32,000 nt of DNA, from assembly GCF_003945235.1 (NCBI RefSeq), contig NZ_RSDW01000001.1, forward strand, positions 3,750,001-3,782,000, read 5' to 3'. The position numbers and the translations under genes were made by a program. The notes under the pieces are model-generated. The model was not told the DNA's origin. It saw only the letters and a program-made list of their open reading frames with translations, and searched no databases. This stretch comes from Edaphobacter aggregans. Its GTDB lineage: Bacteria; Acidobacteriota; Terriglobia; Terriglobales; Acidobacteriaceae. Shown piece after piece: positions 1 to 8,472 of this stretch (positions are counted from its first letter, which is position 1; every line of letters starts with the position of its first letter).

Positions 1-1077
1 GTAGGCCGAACTTGGATCGGCAGTGCCAGAGGAGAAGGTCTTGTCATTCTTGAAGTTAAAGCCGTTGACGCGTCCGTAGATACGATCCTTGCCACTGGCT
101 TGATAGTCGACGCGGCCAAGATACTCATTGACCGTGAGGATTTGAGGGAAGACGAGGTTGCCGGCGCTGCCGGGCAGTAGAGGAGAACTGGTGATGCCGC
201 TGGACTGGTGCTCGCCTTCGTAGGAGCCGAAGTACCAGAGCTTTTCCCTTCGGATTGGACCGCCGAAGGTGCCGCCGTACTGCTGGTCGGAGAGCGGGGT
301 GACGACGTGGACGACTGGGTCGGCGGCGTTGAAGGCGTCATTGCGGAAGTAGCCGAAGCCTGAGCCGTGGATGTCGTTGCTGCCGGTCTTGGACTGGACG
401 TTGACGGCGACACCGGCGGAGCGGCCAACGGTTGCGTCGAAGCGGTTGGTGATGATCTGGAACTGGCTGATTGCGTCGGGCGAGAAGCGTGGCTGGCCGA
501 AGCTGGCGTCGGCGGTGTTCTGTGTGACCTGGAGGCCATCGAGATTGATCTGGAACTTACCGGAGTTGGCGCCGCCGAGTGGCGTGTCGTTGACGATGGC
601 GTTGACGCGTACGCCGGGAACGAGAGTGGCGAGTTGCATGTAGTTGCGTCCGTTGATAGGCAGGTTCCTGACGTCGTCGGGGGTGATGTTGCCGGCGACG
701 GTAGAGGATGTTGTGTCGACTGCCATGTCCTCAGCGCGGACGATGACGGATTCGGTGGTGCTTCCGATGGGCAGCACGACGTCGACTGTGGGCGTCTGGC
801 CGATGAGCATGGAGGTCTTTACTTGCACCGTCGTGAAGTTGGGTGCTCTGACGGTGACGACGTAATCGCCTGCGGTAAGAGAGGGAACCTGATAGATTCC
901 GTCGGCGTTGGTCTTGGTGTTGATGATGGTTCCGCCGACCTGGCGGACTTCGACGGTGGCGTCGGCGATGACGGCTCCCTGAGCGTCGGTGACGTGTCCG
1001 ATGATTCCGGTCTGCTGAGCATGAAGCGCGGAGACTGAGAGAAGGAGGGCGAGGAAAACGCGATAGATCGGCTTCAT
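1..1077 (-). CDS. TonB-dependent receptor, N-terminal portion (gene continues beyond the left edge)
   Basis: Absent from the ORF track because it is open to the window edge. My reverse-strand translation from the ATG at 1077..1075 gives MKPIYRVFLALLLSVSALHAQQTGIIGHVTDAQGAVIADATVEVRQVGG...AGDYVVTVRAPNF (signal peptide plus carboxypeptidase-regulatory-like beta-sandwich). This is followed by ...PDDVRNLPINGRNYMQLATLVPGV... (plug-domain style segment). There are 359 in-frame codons without a stop. Confidence 0.8.
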   Translation of the reverse strand, partial: MKPIYRVFLALLLSVSALHAQQTGIIGHVTDAQGAVIADATVEVRQVGGTIINTKTNADGIYQVPSLTAGDYVVTVRAPNFTTVQVKTSMLIGQTPTVDVVLPIGSTTESVIVRAEDMAVDTTSSTVAGNITPDDVRNLPINGRNYMQLATLVPGVRVNAIVNDTPLGGANSGKFQINLDGLQVTQNTADASFGQPRFSPDAISQFQIITNRFDATVGRSAGVAVNVQSKTGSNDIHGSGFGYFRNDAFNAADPVVHVVTPLSDQQYGGTFGGPIRREKLWYFGSYEGEHQSSGITSSPLLPGSAGNLVFPQILTVNEYLGRVDYQASGKDRIYGRVNGFNFKNDKTFSSGTADPSSAY

Positions 1078-1421
1078 TTTGGAGGAACCTCGAGGAACAG
1101 AGTCAGGTGCTTGTTCTACGTCAGCCCGTTCAAGTGGCTCAGAGGAGATGAGCGGGGCGAGAAGTTGAGGATCAGCAAAGGGGCGCTATCTTGAACTGCT
1201 TTGTCAGATTCGATCCCGAGTAAGAGGGAGATCGTGCTGAACGGGAACAAGTTATATCCCGAAGGTAGGGTGCAATTGCGCCTGCGTCGTTGGGTTGCGG
1301 GACAGGAAGCTTTTGGGTTGAATGATTGGAGCGTAGAGGCTTTCCGGCGCCGTGTCTAATCGAAAGATTTTCGCGCGTGATAGAAAACTGCGAGGAAATG
1401 TAGGTCTGTCGCGGGTTTTCG

Positions 1422-1450
1422 TTGACAAAATGCGGAACTGCCGTGAATAT
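1422..1450 (+). promoter_or_regulatory. Candidate sigma70-type promoter for the LysR gene
   Basis: TTGACA at 1422-1427, a 17-nt spacer, then GAATAT at 1445-1450, in the AT-richer divergent intergenic region upstream of the LysR ORF. Pattern match only. Confidence 0.3.
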
Positions 1451-1593
1451 GTGATTAAGCCGCGATGAACTTTTGGCTGTGATTCAGCAAAAATAAATCG
1501 GTCTTACCCACCACAACTTCATACGCATCTCTAACTTGCTTGGAACAGCCCGTAGCAGTGCACAGGTTTTTTTATTTGACCGCGAGGCCTACT

Positions 1594-2565
1594 TTGGACT
1601 TCAGAATCAGGCAGCTGAAGTGTTTTCTCACACTCTCTGACCTTCTCAACTATGGGAAGACGGCGCGCGCTTTGTATATGAGCCAGCCGACGATCACGTT
1701 CCAGATCAAGTCGTTGGAGGAGTCGTTCGGCGTTAAGTTGTTTGAGCGCGATCGGCAACAGGTGCGGTTGACCGATGCCGGATTTGCGTTTCGTGAGTAT
1801 GCGCAGAGCATCATGGATTCGGTTGACGCTGCTCAGGAGTGCCTGAGCGGACTGCATGCACGACTGCGGCTGCGCGTCAGTTGCGGGCCGGTGGGACAGT
1901 TCGTGTTGCTGCCAGCGGTGATTCGAGCATTGGCAGAGCAGTATCCGAAGTTCGAGCTCGAGGTGAGCGAGCTGACGACCGAGCAGATGATGTCGAGGCT
2001 GCCCGAAGGCAAGATGGATGCGCTGCTGATGGTCAGCTCGCTGCCGATCAAAGGGCTTCGCTTCGATCCGATCTGCAAGGAGACGCTGGTGGCAATGGTT
2101 TCGCGCCGTAGTCCGTTGGCTGCGGGACGGAACATCTCGGTTGAAGATCTGCGCCGCACGAGCGTGATCGCGTCGCGTACGAAGGATTGCCGGTTCCATC
2201 AGCCCTGGTTGCATAGTCTGTTGGCTCCGTTCGGGATTACGCCGCGGATTGTTGAGTCGCCGCAGTCGTGCTCGGTGCAGTTTGCTTATGCGGCTGCCGG
2301 GGAAGGGATTGCGATTACGACAGCTTCGATGGCAATCTGCTCGTTCCCTGATGTTGTGGCCCTGCCATTCTCTGAGCCACTGCCTGCGCTGCAACTAGGG
2401 CTGGCTTCCATGGAGAGCAATGAGTCAACGGCGATGACGGTCTTTCGCAAGATCGTGATGCAGTGCGCTGAGGCGACGCTGGAACGACGCTTGCCGATGA
2501 ATAGCTTTTCTTCGCACGCGCATCAGCCTGTGGTTGCGTTTGCCAGCCAGCGAGAGGCTAGCTAG
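1594..2565 (+). CDS. LysR-family transcriptional regulator
   Basis: N-terminal winged-HTH pattern DFRIRQLKCFLTLSDLLNYGKTARALYMSQPTITFQIKSLEESFGVKLFERDRQQVRLTDAG, followed by a substrate-binding-domain-length C-terminus. I prefer the TTG at 1594 (GAGG lies 5 nt upstream, and the HTH is then at the usual distance) over the track start at 1540. The start remains uncertain. Confidence 0.85.
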   Translation: MDFRIRQLKCFLTLSDLLNYGKTARALYMSQPTITFQIKSLEESFGVKLFERDRQQVRLTDAGFAFREYAQSIMDSVDAAQECLSGLHARLRLRVSCGPVGQFVLLPAVIRALAEQYPKFELEVSELTTEQMMSRLPEGKMDALLMVSSLPIKGLRFDPICKETLVAMVSRRSPLAAGRNISVEDLRRTSVIASRTKDCRFHQPWLHSLLAPFGITPRIVESPQSCSVQFAYAAAGEGIAITTASMAICSFPDVVALPFSEPLPALQLGLASMESNESTAMTVFRKIVMQCAEATLERRLPMNSFSSHAHQPVVAFASQREAS

Positions 2566-2772
2566 GTCCTCGCAGGTGCCTTCCCAATGATCGATCAGCA
2601 AGTCTCCTATTTTCATTCAGATATAAATCAGCGTGGCGGTTTGTGTGGAACTAAATCGGCATCGCGAACCTCCTTGATTGGTGCGGTGATTCGCGGTTTT
2701 GGTGCTTGGCAAGGTTGTAGCCTATGGAAGACGGTCTCTGTGGAAAATCTGAGGAGTGGAAAGACGACGCCG

Positions 2773-3126
2773 ATGATCTTTGGTGCGCACGTAATCGTAT
2801 ACAGCAAGGACGCGGCGGCGGACCGCGCCTTTCTGCGCGACGTTCTGCGATTTACTTCTGTGGACGCTGGCCACGGTTGGCTGATCTTCGCGCTGCCTCC
2901 TGCGGAGGTGGCGGTTCATCCTGCAGAAGAGAATGACCGGCCTGAGCTTTATTTGATGTGTGACGATCTTCGGGCGGCGATTGCGGTGCTCGCGGAGAAG
3001 GGCGTCCAGTGTACAGAGGTGCAGGAAGCCAGGTGGGGTTCAATCGTCAAGGTTCGGCTTCCGGGCGGAGGCGAAGTCGGCCTTTATCAGCCGAAGCATC
3101 CAACGGCTTTGAACCTCGCAAACTGA
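2773..3126 (+). CDS. VOC (glyoxalase/bleomycin-resistance fold) family protein
   Basis: From the ATG at 2773: MIFGAHVIVYSKDAAADRAFLRDVLRFTSVDAGHGWLIFALPPAEVAVHP...GGEVGLYQPKH. Length (~117 aa) and pattern are typical of a single VOC module. The upstream part of the 179-aa track ORF does not look like coding sequence. Confidence 0.7.
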   Translation: MIFGAHVIVYSKDAAADRAFLRDVLRFTSVDAGHGWLIFALPPAEVAVHPAEENDRPELYLMCDDLRAAIAVLAEKGVQCTEVQEARWGSIVKVRLPGGGEVGLYQPKHPTALNLAN

Positions 3127-3141
3127 CCCACTAGCTACGAT

Positions 3142-4284
3142 TCAGTTGGTAGTCGAGGAGTGCGCCTTTTCAAGTGCCAGCACTGCATACGCGGTTGCAG
3201 CGTCGCTCATAAAGCGGCCCACGTCGGTCTGCGGATCGCGCTGTTTGTTCAGCGATGTAGCGAGCCAGTCGCCGTCCTTCTGCTGGTGCTGTTCAAGCCA
3301 CTCGACCCCACGCTGCAGCGTTTTGTCCCGGTGGCTCGTTCCGGATTCTTCCATCGCCAGGACGACTAGAGCGGTTGCAACGCCGTCGCTCCCCTGCGGC
3401 TCCGGCGAGTGATCCAGCCGTGGCTTCTTGTCCATTGCGTAGAGCCTCCAGCCGCCGTCAGTCTGCTGGAGACTTTGAATTGTCAGGAGCAATGTCTTGC
3501 GCTCGGCGTGGGTCAGTAGTCCGTGGACCTTTGAGGATGCCCACAGGACGTAGATTTGGCTCATGAGCGGTTGCGTCGCATACTGCCGACGAAGGTAGTC
3601 GCGCATCCGGTCTGTGTGCTCGCGAACTGCGGGCTCGTGTGCATATCGATCCGGAGCATTGGCTATCTCGATCATGAGCAACGCCGCGCCTTGATAAGCG
3701 GACTCTCCAGCCTCCCACGGACCGAGGTGGAAGTCCTGCCACTTCCATCCGCCGGCTCTCTGGCCGGTTTGCTCCTGCAAGGCCCATGCATTGTCAAAGG
3801 CCGTTCGCGTAATGGGGCGGAGATGTCCCTGGCGTGCGTCGTAGCTTGCGAGGATGATTGCGTTCAGCACGGCTTCGGTCGCGTGCGCCTCGGCGGTCTT
3901 GCCGGGTCCGTGGACTGCGTCGGAGTAGAACGGGATCATCTCGGACCAGTGGCTGACGCGCTTTTCCACGCTGTCCATCATGATCTTCTCGGGTGCGGCC
4001 ATCTCGCTGGACTGCTGTCGCAGCGCGGGGCGCGCCATTGCATACGGCACATTGGTGTGACAGGAGATGCAGATGGTTCCGTGGTCTTTCTGGGCACGCG
4101 GCCATTGCTGCCACCAGACTTCGCGACTGTCGAGGTAACTTGCGGCTGCCTGCTGGCTCCAGTGCGCGGTCGAGGTCTTAGAAGGGGTTTTGGAGGCTCC
4201 GCGGACCGGCTTTGCTCTCCACAGACCGATTCCTATGACGGATCCGGCCAGCAACAGATACGTACCTAGAACTCTGTTTCTCAC
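3142..4284 (-). CDS. Exported or membrane-anchored protein with a CXXCH motif and prenyltransferase/squalene-cyclase-type QW repeats (paralogue 1)
   Basis: Start set to the GTG at 4284 by alignment with paralogue 2. Both then have 8 residues before YLLLAGSV, and the upstream sequences atcaggggcatctcggGTG and atcaggagaacatcggATG align. CISCH is encoded at 4057-4071. QW-like segments: ALQEQTGQRAGGW, LQQTDGGW, WLEQHQQKDGDW. The track's 462-aa form overlaps the upstream gene and is rejected. Confidence 0.8.
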   Translation of the reverse strand: MRNRVLGTYLLLAGSVIGIGLWRAKPVRGASKTPSKTSTAHWSQQAAASYLDSREVWWQQWPRAQKDHGTICISCHTNVPYAMARPALRQQSSEMAAPEKIMMDSVEKRVSHWSEMIPFYSDAVHGPGKTAEAHATEAVLNAIILASYDARQGHLRPITRTAFDNAWALQEQTGQRAGGWKWQDFHLGPWEAGESAYQGAALLMIEIANAPDRYAHEPAVREHTDRMRDYLRRQYATQPLMSQIYVLWASSKVHGLLTHAERKTLLLTIQSLQQTDGGWRLYAMDKKPRLDHSPEPQGSDGVATALVVLAMEESGTSHRDKTLQRGVEWLEQHQQKDGDWLATSLNKQRDPQTDVGRFMSDAATAYAVLALEKAHSSTTN

Positions 4285-4331
4285 CCGAGATGCCCCTGAT
4301 TGTTGAATTGACTGCGCAGAATTGCTTGATG

Positions 4332-4368
4332 GTAACCCAATTTTGAATCGCACCTGCACAAATTCAAT
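4332..4368 (-). promoter_or_regulatory. Conserved upstream block, copy 1 (shared with 5653-5691)
   Basis: The + strand reads gtaacccaattttgaatcgcacctgcacaaattcaat. It aligns with gtaaacccaatttggaagtgcaatccgcacaaattcaat upstream of the paralogue. Copy 1 has imperfect dyad symmetry, CCAATT(TT)GAAT ... ATTCAATTGG. Function is unknown. Confidence 0.4.
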
Positions 4369-4468
4369 TGGTTGTGCACTCATCGACCCGCCTATTGGCG
4401 CAAAAATCAACCCAAAGCTGGCTTGATGGTCGATGAAAAATGCTTTCTGAAGGACCCATTTATTTTTT

Positions 4469-5605
4469 TCAATTGCTAGTGGGGGACTGTGCGTCCTCCA
4501 ATGCCAGAACCGCATAGGCAGTTGCAGCATCGCTCATAAAGCGGCCTACGTCGCTCTTCGGATTACGCTTTTTGTTCAGCGATGTTGCGCGCCAATCGCC
4601 GTTATTCTCCTGATGTTGTTCGAGCCATTCCAACCCACGCTTCAGTGTCGCGTCATGGCGGCTTGTCCCCGATTCCTCCATCGCCAGGACGGCCAGAGCG
4701 GTTGCCATGCCATCGCTCTCCTGTGGTTCGGGTGAATGATCCCACCGGGGCTTCTGGTCGATCGACGAGAGCCTCCAACCACCGTCAGCCTGCTGGAGGC
4801 GTTGAAGCGCCTCGATCAATGTCTTTTGTTCGGCTTGAGTCAACAATCCGGGTACTTTAGGAGACGCCCACAAAATGTAGAGCTGGTTCATTAGAGGCTG
4901 AGCCGCGTACTCGCGTCGCAGGTATTCCTCTAGTCGCTCCACATGCTCGCGAACCCCCGGCTCACTGGCATATCCATCCGGAGCATTACCCAATTCCAGC
5001 ATCAGCATCGCTGCACCCTGATAACCGGACTCTCCCGCTTCCCACGGCCCCAGGTGGAAGTCCTGCCATTGCCACGCACCGGCCTTATCGCCGGTCTCTT
5101 CCTGCAGCGCCCATGCTGCATCAAAGGCAGTCCGCGTAATGGGGCGTAAATGCCCCTGTCGTGCGTCATAGCTTGCCAGCATTACGGCGTTCAACACAGC
5201 TTCCGTCGCACGGGCCTCAGCTGTCTTACCTGGGCCATTAGCAGCGTCGGAGTAAAACGGGACCATCTCGGACCAATGGCTCACACGCTTTTCCACGTTG
5301 TCCATCATGATCTTCTCGGGGGCGGCCATCCCTGTCTCACTCAACTCATGACGAAGCGCGGGCCGTGCCATCGCATAAGGCACCACAGTATGGCAGGAGA
5401 TGCAGATCGTTCCGTGGTCCATCTGCGCGACCCGCCAATCTTGCCACCATACCTCACGGCTGTCCAGATAACCTGCTGCTGCCTGCCGGTTCCAGCCCGC
5501 GGATGAGGTTTTTGAGGCTCCGCGCACCGACCTTGCTCTCCATAAACCAATACCAGCGACAGACCCAGCCAACAACAAATAAACGTACCAAGCTTTGACT
5601 TTCAT
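4469..5605 (-). CDS. Exported or membrane-anchored protein with a CXXCH motif and prenyltransferase/squalene-cyclase-type QW repeats (paralogue 2)
   Basis: 378-aa ORF with AGGAG 7 nt upstream of the ATG. N-terminal hydrophobic segment MKVKAWYVYLLLAGSVAGIGLW. CISCH is encoded at 5390-5404. QW-like segments: ALQEETGDKAGAW, LQQADGGW, WLEQHQENNGDW. Collinear with 3142-4284 and, by eye, roughly three-quarters identical to it. Confidence 0.85.
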   Translation of the reverse strand: MKVKAWYVYLLLAGSVAGIGLWRARSVRGASKTSSAGWNRQAAAGYLDSREVWWQDWRVAQMDHGTICISCHTVVPYAMARPALRHELSETGMAAPEKIMMDNVEKRVSHWSEMVPFYSDAANGPGKTAEARATEAVLNAVMLASYDARQGHLRPITRTAFDAAWALQEETGDKAGAWQWQDFHLGPWEAGESGYQGAAMLMLELGNAPDGYASEPGVREHVERLEEYLRREYAAQPLMNQLYILWASPKVPGLLTQAEQKTLIEALQRLQQADGGWRLSSIDQKPRWDHSPEPQESDGMATALAVLAMEESGTSRHDATLKRGLEWLEQHQENNGDWRATSLNKKRNPKSDVGRFMSDAATAYAVLALEDAQSPTSN

Positions 5606-5652
5606 CCGATGTTCTCCTGATCGGCTGAACTCATTCCATCGGGATACCTATA

Positions 5653-5691
5653 GTAAACCCAATTTGGAAGTGCAATCCGCACAAATTCAAT
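5653..5691 (-). promoter_or_regulatory. Conserved upstream block, copy 2 (shared with 4332-4368)
   Basis: See 4332-4368. It lies at the same relative position, about 50-85 nt upstream of the paralogue start codon. Confidence 0.4.
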
Positions 5692-5773
5692 CATGATTGG
5701 CGCATCACCGAGTGCCAAAGCAGCTCGGCGAGGCGCCCAACCAGGGATCTGATGATAGACGTTTTGTTAGTGG

Positions 5774-6892
5774 CTACATGGACGGCGTTCCGCGGCCTGT
5801 TAGCTGGCGAATGAGGTCGACTTCGTGCTGACGGTAGGGGGTATCGTCCTGGCGGAAGACCTCGTGGAACCAGATGGTGGGCTGGATGAGGACATAGGGC
5901 CTTTGCCATGAGTCCCAAGGGAGCCAGGTCTGGGTCTTGCCGGCCACGAGGCCCCAGTTGATCGCGCCGACGTTGTACTTCTTGGCGAGGGGAAGGATGG
6001 TGTCGAACGTGCTGCCGTTGCCGCGGGCCATGTACTCGGTGCAGATGATCGGGCGGTGAAGGGGCTGGAGGGATTTTACGCGGGCCTCGAAGCCTTCGGG
6101 CCAGTCGTAGTTGTGGAAGGTGATGATGTCGGACTCGGCTAGCTGGATTTTGGTGACGGGGCTCTGCTTGGCGGGGTCGGTCCAGTTACCCATCCATACG
6201 CCGCTGGTGAGGGGCTGGATGGGGTGGACGGAGCGCGCCCAGGCGAAGGCTTTCGGCAGGTAGTAGGCGACACGTTCATTCTTGTTTTCGGGTTCGCCGG
6301 GCTTTTTGTCGTTGCCGTTGTCGGGCTCGTTCCAGATGTCCCAGCCGAGGATGCGGTCGTCCTTGGCGAAGGCTCCGACGACGCCTTCGACGTAGGCTTT
6401 GAGCTTAGGTTCGTAGGCGGGGTCGGTGAGGCCGATGGCTCCTGGGCTCTGGACCCAGCCGGAGTTGTGGATGCCGGGGATGGGCGGGTGTTGCGGGCCG
6501 AGGTGAGGGTTGGGCTCCCAGCAGGAGTCGAAGAGGACAAGGAGCGGCTTGATGTGGTGTTTGGCGGCGATGGTAAGGAAGGTATCAAGACGCTGGGTGA
6601 AGCCTTTGGGGTCCTGCTCCCAGAGCTGGTCCTGAAGGAAGACGCGCATGGTGTTCATGCCGATGGATTCGCCGAGGCCGAGTTCTTTGTCGTTGAGCGC
6701 GGGGTTGAAGGTGGCAGCCTGAAACATTTCGAGCTGGTTGATGGCGTCGGAGGGGATGAAGTTGGCGCCGACGAGCCACGGCTGCTTTGCGTACCAGGCG
6801 TTGGCTGCTTCTTCGGTCCAGCGCTGTTGCGCGAGAGCCGGAATAGTAAGAGCTAGGGCGAGACAAGCTGCTTGTATCGGACGAAATCGCAT
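5774..6892 (-). CDS. Secreted clan GH-A glycoside hydrolase (GH5/cellulase-like)
   Basis: Signal peptide MRFRPIQAACLALALTIPALAQQ. DIWNEPDN (acid/base Glu in an NEP motif) and IICTEYMA (candidate nucleophile Glu), at spacing typical of (beta/alpha)8 clan GH-A enzymes. Substrate not inferable. Confidence 0.75.
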   Translation of the reverse strand: MRFRPIQAACLALALTIPALAQQRWTEEAANAWYAKQPWLVGANFIPSDAINQLEMFQAATFNPALNDKELGLGESIGMNTMRVFLQDQLWEQDPKGFTQRLDTFLTIAAKHHIKPLLVLFDSCWEPNPHLGPQHPPIPGIHNSGWVQSPGAIGLTDPAYEPKLKAYVEGVVGAFAKDDRILGWDIWNEPDNGNDKKPGEPENKNERVAYYLPKAFAWARSVHPIQPLTSGVWMGNWTDPAKQSPVTKIQLAESDIITFHNYDWPEGFEARVKSLQPLHRPIICTEYMARGNGSTFDTILPLAKKYNVGAINWGLVAGKTQTWLPWDSWQRPYVLIQPTIWFHEVFRQDDTPYRQHEVDLIRQLTGRGTPSM

Positions 6893-7039
6893 CAGGGCCT
6901 CATTTTCTTCTGGCGATGGGTGTTGTGATCTGTGGCTTGCGTTAATGGTTGCGCTGCGTTTTTAGTCAGCGAGATGATACTTGATCGCCGGGGCGGTCTG
7001 CATCGCCTGAAGGAATCGGTGAGGGAACTACATCCGCTT

Positions 7040-7055
7040 TACGCGTGGACGCGTA
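7040..7055. promoter_or_regulatory. Perfect 7-2-7 palindrome, candidate operator
   Basis: TACGCGTggACGCGTA, 44 nt upstream of the GT1 start in the divergent GH5/GT1 intergenic region. The spacer is too short for an RNA hairpin, so a dimeric DNA-binding site is the natural reading. Chance occurrence is not excluded. Confidence 0.2.
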
Positions 7056-7098
7056 TAGCCACTGGGCCTATGATTTTGTCTCGTGAAAGGTGTAAGCC

Positions 7099-8400
7099 AT
7101 GGCCATTCTTGGGGCGTTCTGCTTTCCGGGAACAGGGCATCTGAATCCGATGACCGCGCTGGCTCGCAGGCTGCAGCAGAGGGGGCACCGGGTCATTCTG
7201 TTTGGAATCGCGGATACTGCGGCGCGGGTTCGGGCTGCGGGGATTGAGTTTGTGCAGGTGGGTGCGGCGGATTATCCGATGGGAACGCTGCGGCAGTTGG
7301 ACGAGAAGCTCAGCAGATTGAAGGGACTGAATACGTTCCGGTTTACGGTTGACCGGGTGAAGAATCACTCGCGCATGGTGCTGCGGGATGGGCCGGATGC
7401 AGTGAAGGCCGCCGGTGTGGGAGCCATGGTGGTGGATGAGGCAGATATGGCGGGAAGCGTCGCGGAGCATCTGGGACTGCCGTTTGTGTCGGTGGCGTGC
7501 TTTCCTCCGCTGCTTGCCGATGACACGATTCCGCCGTTCTGTTTTGGCTGGGGATATCGCACGGACGCGATTGGACGGCTGAGGAATCGGCTGGGCGCGA
7601 GACTGCTGACGCGAGTGGCAAAGCCGATTTTTGAAGACGTAAATGCGCAGCGCAAAGTGTGGGGTCTGACGCCGCTGGGTCACAGCACGGATGCGTTGTC
7701 GAAGCTGGCGCAGATTACTCAACTGCCGGAGGCGCTGGAGTTTCCTATGCCCAATCGACCTTCGTGGCTGCACTATACGGGGCCTTTTGTTGATAGTCAG
7801 GTGCGTGAGCCGGTGGAGTTTCCGTGGGAGCGGCTGGATGGGAGACCGCTGGTTTATGGCTCGATGGGCACGCTGCAGAATGGCTCGGAGCGGGTCTTTC
7901 GAATGATTGCGCAGGCTTGCGTGGGGCTGGATGCACAGCTTGTGCTCTCGCTGGGCGGTAGTAAGGATCCTGCCGAGTTGGGAGAGTTGCCAGGTAAGCC
8001 CGTAGTTGTGCGGTACGCTCCACAGCTGGAACTTGTGAAGCGAGCGGCTGCGGTCGTGACTCATGCCGGATTGAACACTACGCTGGAGACGCTGGCGGAG
8101 GGGGTTCCGCTGGTGGCGATTCCGATGGGGAACGATCAACCGGGGGTGGCAGCGCGGATTGCCCACAGGCGGGCTGGAATTGTTGTTTCGCAGTGGAGGC
8201 TTGGTGTGGGGCGACTGCGGAAGGCGATCGACGCGGTGTTGCGGCAGGGGTCGTACCGTAGCGCGGCGAAACAGGTGCAGGCAGCCATGCAGAAGGTCGA
8301 TGGATTGGAGAGGGCGGCTGATTTGATCGAGTCGGGGCTCGGCCTGCGGAGACAAGGCGATCCTGCACGGCAAACGCAGCGAGCGGTGCCAGTGGCGTAA
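7099..8400 (+). CDS. GT1-family glycosyltransferase (MGT/UDP-glycosyltransferase type)
   Basis: N-terminal FPGTGHLNPMTALARRLQQRGHRV and C-terminal nucleotide-sugar motif THAGLNTTLETLAEGVPLVAIPMGNDQPGVAARI, both typical of the macrolide-glycosyltransferase-like GT1 family. Confidence 0.85.
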   Translation: MAILGAFCFPGTGHLNPMTALARRLQQRGHRVILFGIADTAARVRAAGIEFVQVGAADYPMGTLRQLDEKLSRLKGLNTFRFTVDRVKNHSRMVLRDGPDAVKAAGVGAMVVDEADMAGSVAEHLGLPFVSVACFPPLLADDTIPPFCFGWGYRTDAIGRLRNRLGARLLTRVAKPIFEDVNAQRKVWGLTPLGHSTDALSKLAQITQLPEALEFPMPNRPSWLHYTGPFVDSQVREPVEFPWERLDGRPLVYGSMGTLQNGSERVFRMIAQACVGLDAQLVLSLGGSKDPAELGELPGKPVVVRYAPQLELVKRAAAVVTHAGLNTTLETLAEGVPLVAIPMGNDQPGVAARIAHRRAGIVVSQWRLGVGRLRKAIDAVLRQGSYRSAAKQVQAAMQKVDGLERAADLIESGLGLRRQGDPARQTQRAVPVA

Positions 8401-8472
8401 GGAAGAACGAGATCAGGCGTCAGAAGTGGCCGGAACGTTATACCCTTGATGCGCGAGGTCATAGGTCGAACG

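Noticed and set aside
1209-1217. ttcgatccc, reminiscent of a tRNA T-loop/T-arm.
   Set aside because: The flanking bases do not form a T-stem, and no acceptor, D or anticodon arms can be drawn. It is not a tRNA.
1078-1421. Possible cobalamin or other riboswitch in the long leader of the TonB-dependent receptor (minus strand contains GCCACT).
   Set aside because: Apart from that hexamer, I could not find the conserved riboswitch core elements (e.g. a GGTG..AATCC-type segment, or a full B12 box with its pairing partners). An Infernal/Rfam scan would be the decisive test.
2707-2721. Sigma54-like -24/-12 element TGGCAaggttgTAGC upstream of the VOC gene.
   Set aside because: GG and GC are at the correct spacing, but the -12 region is TAGC rather than TTGC. 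No enhancer-binding-protein gene is nearby. A single loose match is expected by chance.
4285-4530. N-terminal extension making the first paralogue 462 aa (track ORF 3142-4530).
   Set aside because: The extension overlaps the 3' end of the upstream paralogue and has no counterpart in it. The conserved SD/start context aligns the GTG at 4284 with the paralogue's ATG at 5605.
7039-8373. 444-aa ORF antisense to the glycosyltransferase. Similar long antisense or alternative-frame ORFs occur elsewhere, e.g. 1531-2394, 3556-4269, 6224-6856, 8136-8786, 10883-11461, 13445-14119, 18075-18890, 19086-19862, 20300-21067, 24799-25485, 27032-28042, 30051-31173.
   Set aside because: Their translations are low-complexity and rich in Arg, Pro, His and Gln, with no motifs. 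Each is fully shadowed by a gene with clear family signatures on the other strand or frame, which is typical of stop-poor frames in high-GC DNA.
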